Positions 50,709-62,612 of a stretch of DNA of 64,000 nucleotides are shown piece after piece. Position 1 is the first letter of the stretch, and each line of letters opens with the position of its first letter. The notes under the pieces are model-generated. The model was not told the DNA's origin and did no database searches. It saw nothing but the letters and a program-made list of their open reading frames with translations. Origin of the DNA: Camelus dromedarius (taxonomy: Eukaryota); contig NC_087436.1 in the NCBI RefSeq assembly GCF_036321535.1, positions 79,300,001-79,364,000 of the forward strand, given 5' to 3'. The position numbers were made by a program, and so were the translations under genes.

Positions 50709-51342
50709 GTCACACAAAAGTAAAGTTGCAGGTGTGGCAGTTGCTCCAAAGATGATCGTATTGCTGAACACGTATATATTGGAGGATCTCCGCTATGCAC
50801 TCTCCAAATTCCTGACTTTCAGAATCCATGAACATAATAAAATTGTTCTTGATTTGTATCACAAAGTTTGGGATAATCTGTTACACAGCAATAGATAAAT
50901 GTAACAGAGATACTTCATGCTATTTATTTACTTTTGTGTATATTTGAAATTGTCCATAATAAAAAGTTTTTAAAAGGTTTTATGGACACTTAAAAAAAGA
51001 ATACTAAAAATACACCATCAGGTTGTCTATAAAGCAAGGTGCAATGAGGGATTTTACAATGGTTTTAGCTCTCTGGGGACAGAATTCTCCTTACAGCATG
51101 GTTAATGTTCAGACTCCCTGATCATATTCATACAGCCTGTGAGGAAGTCAGAGACTGTCTAGATGAGTTTTCTTGTATTAAATTGGAGAGAAGAGTGTAT
51201 GGTGAGAGAGCTGGTAGGGGAGACTCCAATGTCCAGAGTGAAAGGGTCAAATTAGGGTAAATTACAGCTTCTAGGTAGATTTCTTTATTTTGTGTGCAGA
51301 GAAGAAGCCAAACCCTTATTTCTTCTTCATGGATATTGGGAT

Positions 51343-51781
51343 TGTAAAATAAAAATTCTTATTTTATGGCAAAACAAGAAAAATTTAAGCATATAAAGTT
51401 TTCTCTGTCCTTTGGCCTCCTTTCTCCCTGCTACTGTGCATTGTGTATCTGCATGATGCCTCGAGCAAACCTCCCCATCAGCAGAAATACCTGCTCAGCC
51501 ATGAAGAGCGACAGTCTCCTGGCATCAACAAGACAACTCCTTAAAAAGATAACATTCCTTCTTGATCCTGTATGGGGGTCACGATGAACTTAGATCTGGA
51601 TTTTGTAAACTGTCAATGATAATGTCATTTAAATGTACAGCCCTCTGTCTCAAAAAAACTTATTTAGCTGTGCCTTGACTTCTAAGAGCTTTCTAAGATG
51701 TTCTTCCCGGTTATAATCCTCAAATCTGGCTCAAACAAAATTTCACTTCTTCTTAGATTGACTATTAATTTTTCATCGACA
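51343..51781 (+). mobile_element. Complete solo LTR (439 bp), ERV1-class
   Basis: TGTAAA...TCGACA termini with a perfect 4-bp TSD GGAT (51339-51342, 51782-51785). Confidence 0.82.
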
Positions 51782-52024
51782 GGATTATGGCCAATCTTTT
51801 CCTTCATCATTGATTAATTTCCCAGGAATCCTGCACAACAGGCTGGTCAACCAAGTTACAGACCTTTGTATCTCCCTTTCCTTCTTTTTGTTACCTGTGC
51901 TTCGTGAGGGAGTAGGTGTTCTCTTTTTCCAAAATGGAAATAACTTTATTTCTGTTTCTAAAATGATTTCAAGTTCTTTAAAAAAAAAAAAACTGGTGTA
52001 TGTAGAAGAAGTTCAAATGTCTTT

Positions 52025-52436
52025 TAGTGAATAAATGTAAACAAATGTGGTATATACATACAATGAAATATCATTGTCTTAAAAAAGAAGGAAATCCTGT
52101 CATATGCTACAACAGAGATGAGCCTTGGGGATATTATGCTAAGTAAATAAGCCAATCACCAAAAAAAAAAAAAAAAAAAAAAGACTCCACTTACATGAGT
52201 TCCTAGACTAGTCAGCTTCATAGACACAGGAAGTAGAATGGCAGCTGCCAGTGACTAGGGGTTAGGGGTGTGAGGAGTTGTTGTCTAATGAGTATAGAGT
52301 TTCAAGTTTGCAAGATGTAAAAGATCTGGAGATCTGGTTTGCAGCTATGTGAACACACTTAGCTCTACTGGGTTGTATACTTGAAGAGGTTGAGATGGTG
52401 AATTTTATCTTATGTGTTTTTTACTGCAATAAAAAT
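52025..52436 (+). mobile_element. Old L1M-type 3' fragment
   Basis: AAATGTGGTATATACATACAATG...GGAAATCCTGTCATATGCTACAAC...TTTTACTGCAATAAAAA. Confidence 0.75.
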
Positions 52437-52442
52437 GTTTTA

Positions 52443-52560
52443 GGGGGAAGGCAGAGCTCAGTGGTAGAGTGTGCGCTTAGCATGCACGAGATCCTGGGTT
52501 CAATCCCCAGTACCTCCATTAAAATAAATGAACAAACCTAATTAACTCCCTACCCTAAAA
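52443..52560 (+). mobile_element. tRNA-derived SINE (camelid-type) in the tail of an old L1
   Basis: GGGGGAAGGCAGAGCTCAGTGGTAGAG...GGTTCAATCCCCAGTACCTCC...CCTAATTAAC. Confidence 0.85.
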
Positions 52561-52878
52561 TAATTAATTAATTGAAAAATTAAAAGTGAAAGAATGTTGA
52601 AAAAATGTTTTAAATTAATATATTAAGAAAAGGAATAAAGAAAATAATATTATTATCGTATAGCCTAGAAATAATTAGCATTAATTGACATGCATCCTTC
52701 TATACATTTTCCCCATGGTTATACACACACACATTTATTTTAATTAAATATGGGATTACAGCATACTCAGCTAACAATAAAGAGGATACCTTTCATTCAA
52801 TAAATATGTTTTCATGCTCCACTTCAGTGGCAGCAGAGTTTTCTGCCTTATCAGGTGTTTGGCAGAATAAAACTTTGG

Positions 52879-53384
52879 CAGTGGTTCTCACAGTTTTTGG
52901 TCTTGGGACCCTTTTACACAATTAAAAATTACTGGCATCCCAAGTAATTTTTTGTGGGTTATATCTGTGATATTTAAAAGTACTAGATATTAAAACTGAG
53001 AAATTTAAAGGATTTATTTATTTAAAAATGACTATAATAAACACACTTAATACCAATGTAAATATCACTATTGTGAAAAATAAGTCTATTTTCTAAACAA
53101 AACAATTAGTAAGAAGGATGGCATTGTTTTCTATTTCTGCAAATCCTTTCCTGTCTGGCTTAATAGAAGACTGCTGGATTCTTATCTCATCTTCTGCAAT
53201 CAGTCTGTTACAACATCATCTACTGAGCTTCTGGAAAACTGTACTGTTCTTTCAAGAGAAAATGAAAATGAAAAGAGCAAATAACATCTTACGATTATTA
53301 TGAAAAGAACTTTGACCTTGCAGATCCCCTTCAAGAATGTCCAGGACCCTTTGTGGACTGTGGACCACATTTTAAGAACTGCTG
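52879..53384 (+). mobile_element. Charlie1-like non-autonomous hAT element
   Basis: Terminal inverted repeats CAGTGGTTCTCA / TAAGAACTGCTG; no TSD recognisable. Confidence 0.65.
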
Positions 53385-53429
53385 TTTTATATATATTATT
53401 ATATGTCCTTTTCAAAAACTTTTCTTTAA

Positions 53430-53562
53430 ATTTCAGCTTTATTGAGGTATAATTGACAAAACTGTATGATATTAAAGTGCACATCATGGTGATTTGATAT
53501 ATGTATGCATTGTGAAAGAATTCCTCTCCTAGTTAATTATCTCTCACCTCACAAATTTATTT

Positions 53563-53595
<33 letters not shown>

Positions 53596-56300
53596 ACATT
53601 TAAATTCTACTCTCTAAGTAAATTTCCAGTACATAATACAATGTTATCAACTATAGTCTTGTTTTATATTAGATCCTCAGACTTTATTTATCGTATAGTT
53701 GAAAGTTTGCACACTTTTACCAACCTATGTTTTTATTTTGTTTTTTTTTTTCTTTCTAGTCTTCCCTATAGAACAAATACCCAGCCAGGCTCATTTCCTC
53801 AGGGGAGGGATGTGACAAAGCCAAAAAAAAAAAAGGTGTTTATTTCCAAAAGCCTAAACCTAAATTCGTTAAGGAGATTCTGTGAGGTGAATCAGAGGTA
53901 ACATGTCACCATATAACATGTTGCATCAAAGGTTTATAGCATCTATTTATCACCTATCATCAATTTATATTTTGTTTTTTATTTTTTAAAAGGGTCTTTG
54001 ATATATGTTGGTAGAATAAACCAACCAATAAACTTAAAGTTGTGTAAATTGGTCATTTTTTTTCTATTATTTTATCGTAAAAGTTGCAAATATATGGAAA
54101 AGTTGAAAGACTCATACAGTGAATACCCATAGAGTAACCACTTAAATTCTACAATTAACATTTTGCTGTTTATTCTAACCATACCTCTATCCTATCCATC
54201 AATCCATTATATTTTTAACTGAGATACAATTCTCATATCATAAATACATCCTTCAGTTGTTTTTGATATATTCACAAGGATGTGCAACCATTACTATTTA
54301 ATTCTAGAACATTTTCATCACCCCAAAAAGAAATCCTATAGCCATTAAGCAGTCACTCTACATTGCCATCTACTTCTTGTCTCTATGGATTTGCCTATTC
54401 TGGGCATTTCATACAAAAAGAATCATACAATGCGTAGCCTTTTGTGTCTGGCTTTTTCTTCCATGTTGTGGTATGACTCAATACATTGTTCCTTTTTATG
54501 ACCGAATAATACTCCATTGTATGGATATACCACCTGTATTTGTCCATCTATTGGTTGACAGACATTTGTGTTTTTTCAATTTTTGGCTATTATATATAAT
54601 GCTTCTGTGAACATTCATGCACAAGTTTTTGTGTGGACATGTTTTCAATTCTCTTGGGTAGATATGTATAATAATATATATCTATTATATATATTAGGAG
54701 TGGAATTGCTGAGTCATATGATAACTCTACATTTAACATTTTAAAAAATGTTTTTCCATGATGACTCTACCATATTACATTCCCACCAGCAATACATGAG
54801 GGTTCTAATTTCTCCACATTCTTGCAAACACTTATTATTGTCTGTCTTTTTTATTACAGTTATTCTAGTTGGTGTGAAGTGATACTTTATTGTGGTTTTG
54901 ACTTGCATTTCTCTAAAGAAAAAGGATGCTGAACATATTTTCGTGTTCTTATTAGCCATTTGTATATTTTCTTTGGAGAAATGACTATTTAAATCCTCTG
55001 CCCATCATCTTATTTTTTTGATATTGCAATGTAAGCCACAGAAAGTGTTACTCTTAAAGACTTCAACATGCATGTTACCACCTATAGTTCAATGTTTGTT
55101 TGTGGTTCTTTCTGTTTTGGGGTAAAATTTACATACAGTGTGTTAAAAACAAGACAACAGGCCCAAAATGAAGTCACTTATGCTAAGTTTCATGTTGCTA
55201 AACAGACAGGTACAGTTTCAGCATATCCTAGAAATGGAATCTTAAATCAGTCAGTCAGGAATCACTGGATCAGCACTAGTTAAATAATCAGCCTGAGAGA
55301 CACTTGCCATCCCCTAAAGCAAAGTGACCTTGCAGTAACCAACCTGCTTTTTTGCCAAGTATAACTTCTTTGTTCCTGCTCCCTTCTGCCTATAGAAGTC
55401 TCTCATTTGGTACAGCTCCTCAGAGTTCTTTTCTATCTGCCAGATGGCACTCTGCCTGATTCATGAATCATTGAATAAAGCCAGTAAGATCTTTAAAATT
55501 TACTCCATTGAATTTTGTTTTTTAACAAGTAAAATGCACAAATCCTATGTGTAACATTGGATGAGTTTTGACAAATGTGTGAACCCAAAACTCTATCACT
55601 CCAGAAAGTTCCTTCAAACTCTTTCCCAATAAATCCCTGTTCCCATCCCCAAAGGCGAAACTGTTCAGAATTTTTTCACCATATATTAGTTTAGCCTGCT
55701 GCAAAACAAAACAAAACAAAACAAACAAACAAAAAACTACTACTAGAACCATATATTATATACTCTTGTGTAATACTCTCACTCAGCATAATGTTTTTGA
55801 ATTAATTCACACTGTTGTATCAGAATTCATTCTTTTTTCTTTCCTCAGTAGTTTTCATTGTATGAATATATCACAGCTTGTTTATCTATTTTTCTATCGA
55901 TGGGCATTTTAGATTGTTGCCAATTTTGGGATATTATGAATAAAGCTGCTTAGAACATTCTTATCTGTCTTTTTATGGATATACATTTCATTTCTCTAGA
56001 GTAAATAGCCAGGAGTGGAATTGCTGGGTCATAGGGTCGTTATGAAACTGCCCCAAATTTTTCCCCAGTGACTGTAACATTTCACACTCTTATAAACAAT
56101 GAATGGGAGTCCTGGTTGTTCCACACCTTCACCGACATTCACTGTTGTCAGTTTTAACAATCATAGCCATTATATGCCCAAATAGGGCGTATACTTCTGT
56201 CTCACTGTGGTTTCAATTTTCATTGCTCTGATGACTAATGAGGTTCTTTATGTGCTTAATTTGCCATCTGAACAACTTCCTTTATGAAATGACTGTCCAA
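53430..56300 (-). mobile_element. Cluster of old L1M fragments, interrupted by an LTR
   Basis: Several L1 3'UTR/ORF2-end segments; ORF 54741-54959 gives a degenerate ORF2 peptide (KCLQECGEIRTLMYCWWEC). Boundaries approximate. Confidence 0.75.
55141..55527 (+). mobile_element. ERV1 solo LTR inserted into an L1 3' end
   Basis: TGTTAAAA...TTTTAACA inverted termini; AATAAA near 55475; AGTG/AGTA TSD-like flanks; the L1 sequence resumes on both sides. Confidence 0.78.
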
Positions 56301-56552
56301 AATGTTGTTAACTGTATATAGCATTTGAACATACGTAAGAGTCATATGCCCTTCAAGATAGTAAAAATAAAAAAAGAATGCAAAATTCTGAGAATTCAGG
56401 AACTTAAATACCTGAAGAGCCAGAGAAATACAAGATGCACTGGCATGAGGGGCCCCATCTAGATGGGGTGTCAGAACCCTGTAGACTGATTTTAAGAATT
56501 ACGGCCTGATAGATAGAACTCACACCCAAGAAAGTAAAGGGGGCTAAGTGGC

Positions 56553-56860
56553 CAGGGTCACATTATGACTTTTTTTTTTTCTTCTTCTTTTTTTTTTTTT
56601 GGTCACATTATGACTTTGATAGGCCCTGGGTATTTTTGCCTTTGAGGTAAAAAAATATTAAAAATTGTATTTTACTACTGCATTAATATAAAGATGAATA
56701 CACTCCAAGCTTGATTTGGTATTATATATTCGCTACTGTGAATATTATATTAATATTTTTCTTCTGATTTTAAAAGAAATTAGAATATATTCATGGGAAC
56801 CTAAAAGTATCATAGGTCCCAGACAGTGTGCCACTCTGCTTAATGGAAAAGTCAGCCCTG
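56553..56860 (-). mobile_element. MER91-like hAT-Tip100 relic (related copy at about 42125-42350)
   Basis: CAGGG...CCCTG termini; the copies share (T/C)T(A/G)GG(C/T)A(C/T)TTTTGCCTT and TTGTATTTTA(T/C) blocks. Confidence 0.6.
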
Positions 56861-58981
56861 TTATTCACCACCCCTGCTTAAATGATGGCATAAAAACTGT
56901 AACGACTATAGAAGGGAGGGGAACCAAGGTCAAGGTTGTGAGAAAAGCTGACCGGGCTGAAAATTCTGTTGTTCTGCAACCTTTCAAGCCTCTGAGAAGG
57001 TAATTCCCAAAGAGTGTGGAATGACATCATCTTTTCCTTGGTGGGTGAGCATCTCTCAACCTCAGAAAGCATTAAGGATGGGAGTGTTTAGGGAAAATAC
57101 ACCTATACATGAATGTCTTTGGGCTAAAGAAACTGTGCATATTTGATATTTAGATATTTAAGAGAATTTGGCCTATTTTCATAATATTTTTGGGTTGATA
57201 TTTCTCAGTTAAATGTCTAACTGAGAAATTGATTCAGCTCCTGATTTTAAGTTGAGTTGTTATAAGTTTAATTTATTAGATTTTAACGTACCTAAGAATA
57301 TGGGAGGGTTTTATTGGTTTTATTTGTTTAAGCAGTACTCGAAGGGTAAATCAAATATGTTAAAAGTATAAATGTCATTGGAAATATTTAAGGGAACTCC
57401 TTTTAAAAATCTACCTTTAAGGTGAATGTTAAAATTGCCTAGATTTATAAAGAGAATTATATTTTAAAAACTGTGACTTCTTCAAAGATTAAGAAATAAT
57501 CAGGTTTTAAATAATGGAAATACTCATTTTTAGAAATAAAATAACTTTCTGTGCTTAGAAACTACCCATGAGGACATTAAACAAAAATTGTGTTGATAGT
57601 CTATACTCCCACAGTGGAGGAATCTTGCTTTAGGGAAGTGGTGAGAGCAGGTTGTATAGAGAGGGGGTGCCAGGAACCCAGTGAGGACAGGGGCCTGCTC
57701 CTCCTTCCAGACCTCCTATTTGCTGTCTTGGGACTCTTCCCCAAGCTCAGGCATGTACCTATGGAAGCTCATGCCCTAGATCCTGACAGCCCAATGTCAA
57801 AGCCCCGTGTCAATCAATTTGCTATGATCATCTTCCTACAAAGCACACTTCAAATCTTCACATCAGTACCTGAGCTCTCAAATATGACTTACACTTTTGC
57901 CCAGATTCTGTTTTGCATTATTTATCTGGCTATTTATTCCACCCAGATTCTTCTTGGTATTCCCTGGGTGCAAATTAGAGCTTTTAGAAACAGCTTCAAA
58001 TTTTTCAGTCACTAGTGTCTTATTTACCCTCACTAACCAGAACAATAATTCCTTAAATGGTGCCCTGGTGGCCTAAATAAATGGATGTCCCTTCCAAATG
58101 GCCTAATTTGCATGCCGAGCATGATTTAGCCACCCAGCAACATCTAGGATTCTATTTTTAATTATCTCATTAGTTAACTTTCTAGTTACTTTGATAACTA
58201 TTCTCAGAGTAGCCATGTCATACTGCTTGTATAAGGGAAATACTAAAGCCACAGAGTTAATGTGGGTTATTTTAAGTTGCTGCAAGTGATTACACATTCA
58301 TATACAAAGAGTATAATTTTTAAAATGTGGAGCATGGATACTCCTATATGCAGGCAGTTTAAGAGTTATATCAATTTCACACTAAAGTTACAAAATCTTT
58401 GTTCCCTGGGATATTGTCAGGCATATACTACGGCGTGTTTGCTTACTCCCATCTGTCCACAAAGTTGATTCTGTGCAGTGAATTCCTACTCTGTGATGCC
58501 CATGCTTTCCTGCCACAGTTGATTGACCGACCAGGGATGGAACTGCAATCTGAACTTAGTCATTCCTTTCTGGGAAATTAAGACTTAGAGATCCGGGAGG
58601 GTGACCCCTGGTCTGCAAGTGGGAGGCCCTCTGAACAGGGATCTGAAGCTACTGCTGTGGGGCAGCCGTCCTGTACCACACACCTGCAGAGCCTAAGGGG
58701 CCTGTCTGCAGAGAGGCGCTGAGACAGACACAGAGACAGAGAGATGAGACAGAGAAGTAGATGTGCTGAGAAAGCAAAGGTAGATACACCTTAGATAGCC
58801 TGGGAGAGAGACAGAGCAGCTATCTGAGAGCTTTCTGGTTCCTGGTTCCATGTTTTGTGAACCTGACGGCACATCCTGTCCTTGGAATCTATGGAGTGAC
58901 CTTGCATTTTATAATAAACCCTCTTATTCAGTTTATGTTTACTTTGCTTGTGTTTCTCTTACTTGTAACCCAAAGAACTTT

Positions 58982-59221
58982 AATTTTTTTTAAAATGGAG
59001 GTACTGGGGATTGAACCCATGACCTTGTGCATGCTAAGCATATGCTGTACTGCTGAGTTATACACCCCCACGAAAAGCATGCGGGTGAGTTTTTTTTTTT
59101 TCTAGTTTCGTTTTTTTTTGGGGGGGGTGTAGGTAATTAGATTTTTTTTTAATGGAGGACTGGGGATTGAATCCACGACCTTGATCATACGCTGTACCAC
59201 TGAACTATCCTCCACCCTGCC
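58982..59221 (-). mobile_element. Head-to-tail pair of tRNA-derived SINE units within one TSD
   Basis: Two A/B-box units (about 59120-59220 and 58982-59070); TSD CCC(A/C)AAGAACTTT at 58969-58981 and 59222-59234. Confidence 0.82.
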
Positions 59222-60365
59222 CCCCAAGAACTTTGACTAAGAACAGAAGGACACTTACTAGCTAGTAGTCACAGAATCTGAATTTTTTTTTTAATTGAAC
59301 TTATTTAGGAGAAAAGTAATGCAATCTTGAATGAAAGAGGTGCCGTGGTCGAAACAGTTTTATCAGATTCTACTGTGTTAGGATTTTCATTCCCAGCTAA
59401 AAGCAAATAAAGCACACGGTAAGCTCAACCTAAAACACCCAAGTGAACATGCACAGAAATAAGCACATTGGCATTTTTCCCTTGATTTCCTCAGAAACGT
59501 TTACTTTCCAGTGGAGATGTGTGAGTTCTGTAAAATAGCTCAGTTCAGATCTTTTAACAGACATTTGATAGTCATGTGATAGACAGACTGTGCCAGTACT
59601 GGGGACCCAAGAGGAATAAGATCGGTCCCTTGCCTCTAGAGGAGTGTCCTACACACAGGGAACGTCAGTAAGTGTAAGTTCCCTCCCTCCCCCTTCTCTG
59701 CTGTCGGCTCTATGGGGAGGTGGAGTGAGATCACCAGGATCAGCTGGCTGATCAGGTCTAGACAGGCCACCCTCCTTGAGTCTTATCTACAGAAAAGCCC
59801 TGAGCAGGACACCTGGGTTCCAGGCTGGACTTGGCCACAACTGACACAGCTCTGTGCAGCCTTCTCCTAAGCCAGTTTTCCTGTTCATTTCCACAACTGT
59901 AAATGGGCAATGGGAGACTGAAATGGCTCCTGTGGGTGGATCGCTCAGGATTCAGTTGTGGGAAACAGATACCACTTCACATATCCTATGCAGAAAGGGA
60001 TTTCTGAAAAGATAATTAAGCACTTACAAAATTGCTGCAGGGACTAGGCTGGGCCTCTGCTATGAGTCTCAAAAACGTATTGCAGGACTGGCCCACCTGC
60101 TGTAGAAAACCCCTGGGCGGTTCTTGCCAGAGGAAGACAGCTTCACAGTAGGAAGATGGCCTTCACCTCGCTTCTGCCTGCGAAATAACAACAACAAAGA
60201 TTATAATTAAGCTAACATCGATTGAAACTAACCATGTGCCAGGCTAAGGAATTTATATAATTTAACTCACTTCGTTCTCATAACAACCCTATGAGGTAGA
60301 TGCTATCATTATTTCTTGTTTTACAGACAAGGAACAGGAGGTAAAGAGAGAGCAAGAATCATTAC

Positions 60366-60556
60366 CATGTATAAAATAGATAAATAACAAGGACCTACTG
60401 TGTAGCACAGGAAACTATGTTCAAGTTCCTGTCATAACATAAAATGGAAAAGAATCTGAAAACAAAAAATGTATATTTCTGTATATGTATAACTGAATCA
60501 CTTTACTGTACACCTGAAACTAACATTGCAAATCAACTTCACTTAAAAATTTTTTT
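60366..60556 (+). mobile_element. L1 3' end fragment within MIR-like sequence
   Basis: ATAAAATAGATAAATAACAAGGACCTACTG...CTGAATCACTTTACTGTACACCTGAAAC; MIR-like core (TTTTACAGACAAGGAAC) upstream. Confidence 0.75.
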
Positions 60557-61344
60557 TAAGTCTCTAATAAATAATTACAACTGCATTAAAAAAGACAATC
60601 TGGCAGTTTTCAGTCTATCCCATTTATATTTATGAATATAATAAAAATTGATCCTAAACCTGTCACAAAAAAGAGAGAGAGAGAGTAAGCACCTCCGGGT
60701 CACGCAGGTAGTAAGGAGCTCCAGAGGTGTGCCTGCGTCTTATGGTGTCTTCTGCTTCATGTCTAGGACCCTCGCTGCAAGGCAGTCTGGGAAGCAAAGC
60801 GTGGTTTTGGTTTTCCCACCTCTGCAGCTTTCAAGGGCACACAAGGGAGTCAGGATGCCCTTGCATGGCTGTGCACCGTATCCATCCCTGTGAGACGGGG
60901 CTGACCACGGCAAAAGCGCTTCAGCAACAGATGCAAATAGATTCAATGCACCTAATCTGCTTTGTCATCTGTTCCCCTAAGATTAGCTCGCCACAGAACC
61001 CTATCAAAGCAATACAGAAAGCTTTGAGGTTGCGTCTGACACACATTCCTGTTTGAAGAAGTCTTCAATTAGTTTATTGCTTGTGCTTATTTCACTGATA
61101 AAAAAAACTACAACTTTAAGTTTGGGGTTTCAGATTTACTCATTTTTGGCAACAGATGAAGTGTTTTTCTCTAAAAACAAGCAGACCAACTCCAAATAAT
61201 GATTACAAGCTCATTGGGTGTCAGCAATTCTTCATTTTTTAAGGACCCAACTCAAATGTCATCTCTTTCATAAGAATTTCCATTCTGGCTTTGGGTACTT
61301 TAGTTTATGAACTGCATTCTCTTCTGTAAAAGATCTGCATACGT

Positions 61345-61676
61345 CTCCATTTGTTTGCTAGGGCTGTCGTGAAGAAGTCCCACAGACTGGGTGGCTTAAA
61401 CACAGAAATGTATTTTCTCACTGTCCTGGAGGTTAGAAGTCTGAGGTCAAGGTGTTGACAGGCTGGTTTCTACGGAGGCTTCTCTCCTTGGCTTGTGGAC
61501 GGCCGTCTTCGCCCTGTGTCTTCAGGTGGTCCTGGATTGAGAGCCATCCTAACAGCCTCATTTTACCTTAGCTACCTCTTTAAAGGCCCCATCTCCAAAT
61601 ACAGTCATATTCTGAGGTACTGGGTGGTTGGGGCTTCAACATATGAGTTTAGGGGAACACAATTCATCCCATAACA
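61345..61676 (-). mobile_element. MLT1/MST-like MaLR LTR
   Basis: GCTAGGGCTG...CACAGACTGGGTGGCTTAAACA...GGGGAACACAATTCATCCCATAACA. Confidence 0.78.
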
Positions 61677-62217
61677 AATCCTTTGCCAACTAAATTATTT
61701 TGCCCCCAGAATTTCTCATAACAAATACACTTTTCCCGAATCTAACTTAATTTTAACATACAAGTTAAAATTTTTTTAATGTAGTCAATTAGCCCATTTT
61801 TCCTTTAATTCTTCAATTACAGCTTCTTAATTTTTGTTCTATTTATATAAGTTAAAGTACCTTGAGCTTATTTTGGTGATACTCAAATGAGAACCTAAAT
61901 CATTTTTGTTTCTGTAAATTTTTTTATTTCTCTAAATTTTAAATTAATTATCTCAACATCACCTTCTGAATATGCTTTTCTTTATTCATTTGATATGTGA
62001 TGATGTCTCCTTTATAAAGTTGTATTTTTTCTGTAACTCTTGCTTTGCCCGCAAGACCCATGTAGGTTCAGACCATCACCAGCATGAATGGTAAAACATT
62101 TCTTTATGTTTTCACTTGGGTCGTCCCTCAGTCTGCCTGGAGGTGGCGTAGGGTGCTCACTTGCAAATCTACTTCCCTCCTTGCTCTGGTCTCCTCTGGT
62201 GTCCTCCAGATTCTTTC

Positions 62218-62612
62218 TTTTTTCTTTTTTTTTTTTTTTTTTACTGAGGTGTAGTTGATTTACAATGTTGTGTTAGTTACTGATGTACAGCAAAGTGATT
62301 CAGATATATATATATATATATCATGTATTTTGATTCTTTTCCATTATAGGTTATTACAAGGTATTGAATATAGTTCCCTGTGCTAGACAGTAGGGCCTTG
62401 TTGTTTATCTATTTTATATACAGTAGTGTGTATCTGCTAATCCTAAACTCCTGGCTTATCCCTCCCTCCCTCCCACTTTGGTAACAGTAAGTTTGTTTTC
62501 TATGTCTGTGAGTCTGCTTCTGTTTTGTAAATAAGTTCACTTGTATTTTTTTTTTAGATTCCACATAAAAGGATATCATATGATATTTCAGACTCCATTT
62601 GGCTTCACTCCT
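62218..62612 (-). mobile_element. L1 3' UTR fragment
   Basis: Poly(T) followed by the reverse complement of the 3'UTR seen at 15517-15858. Confidence 0.88.
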
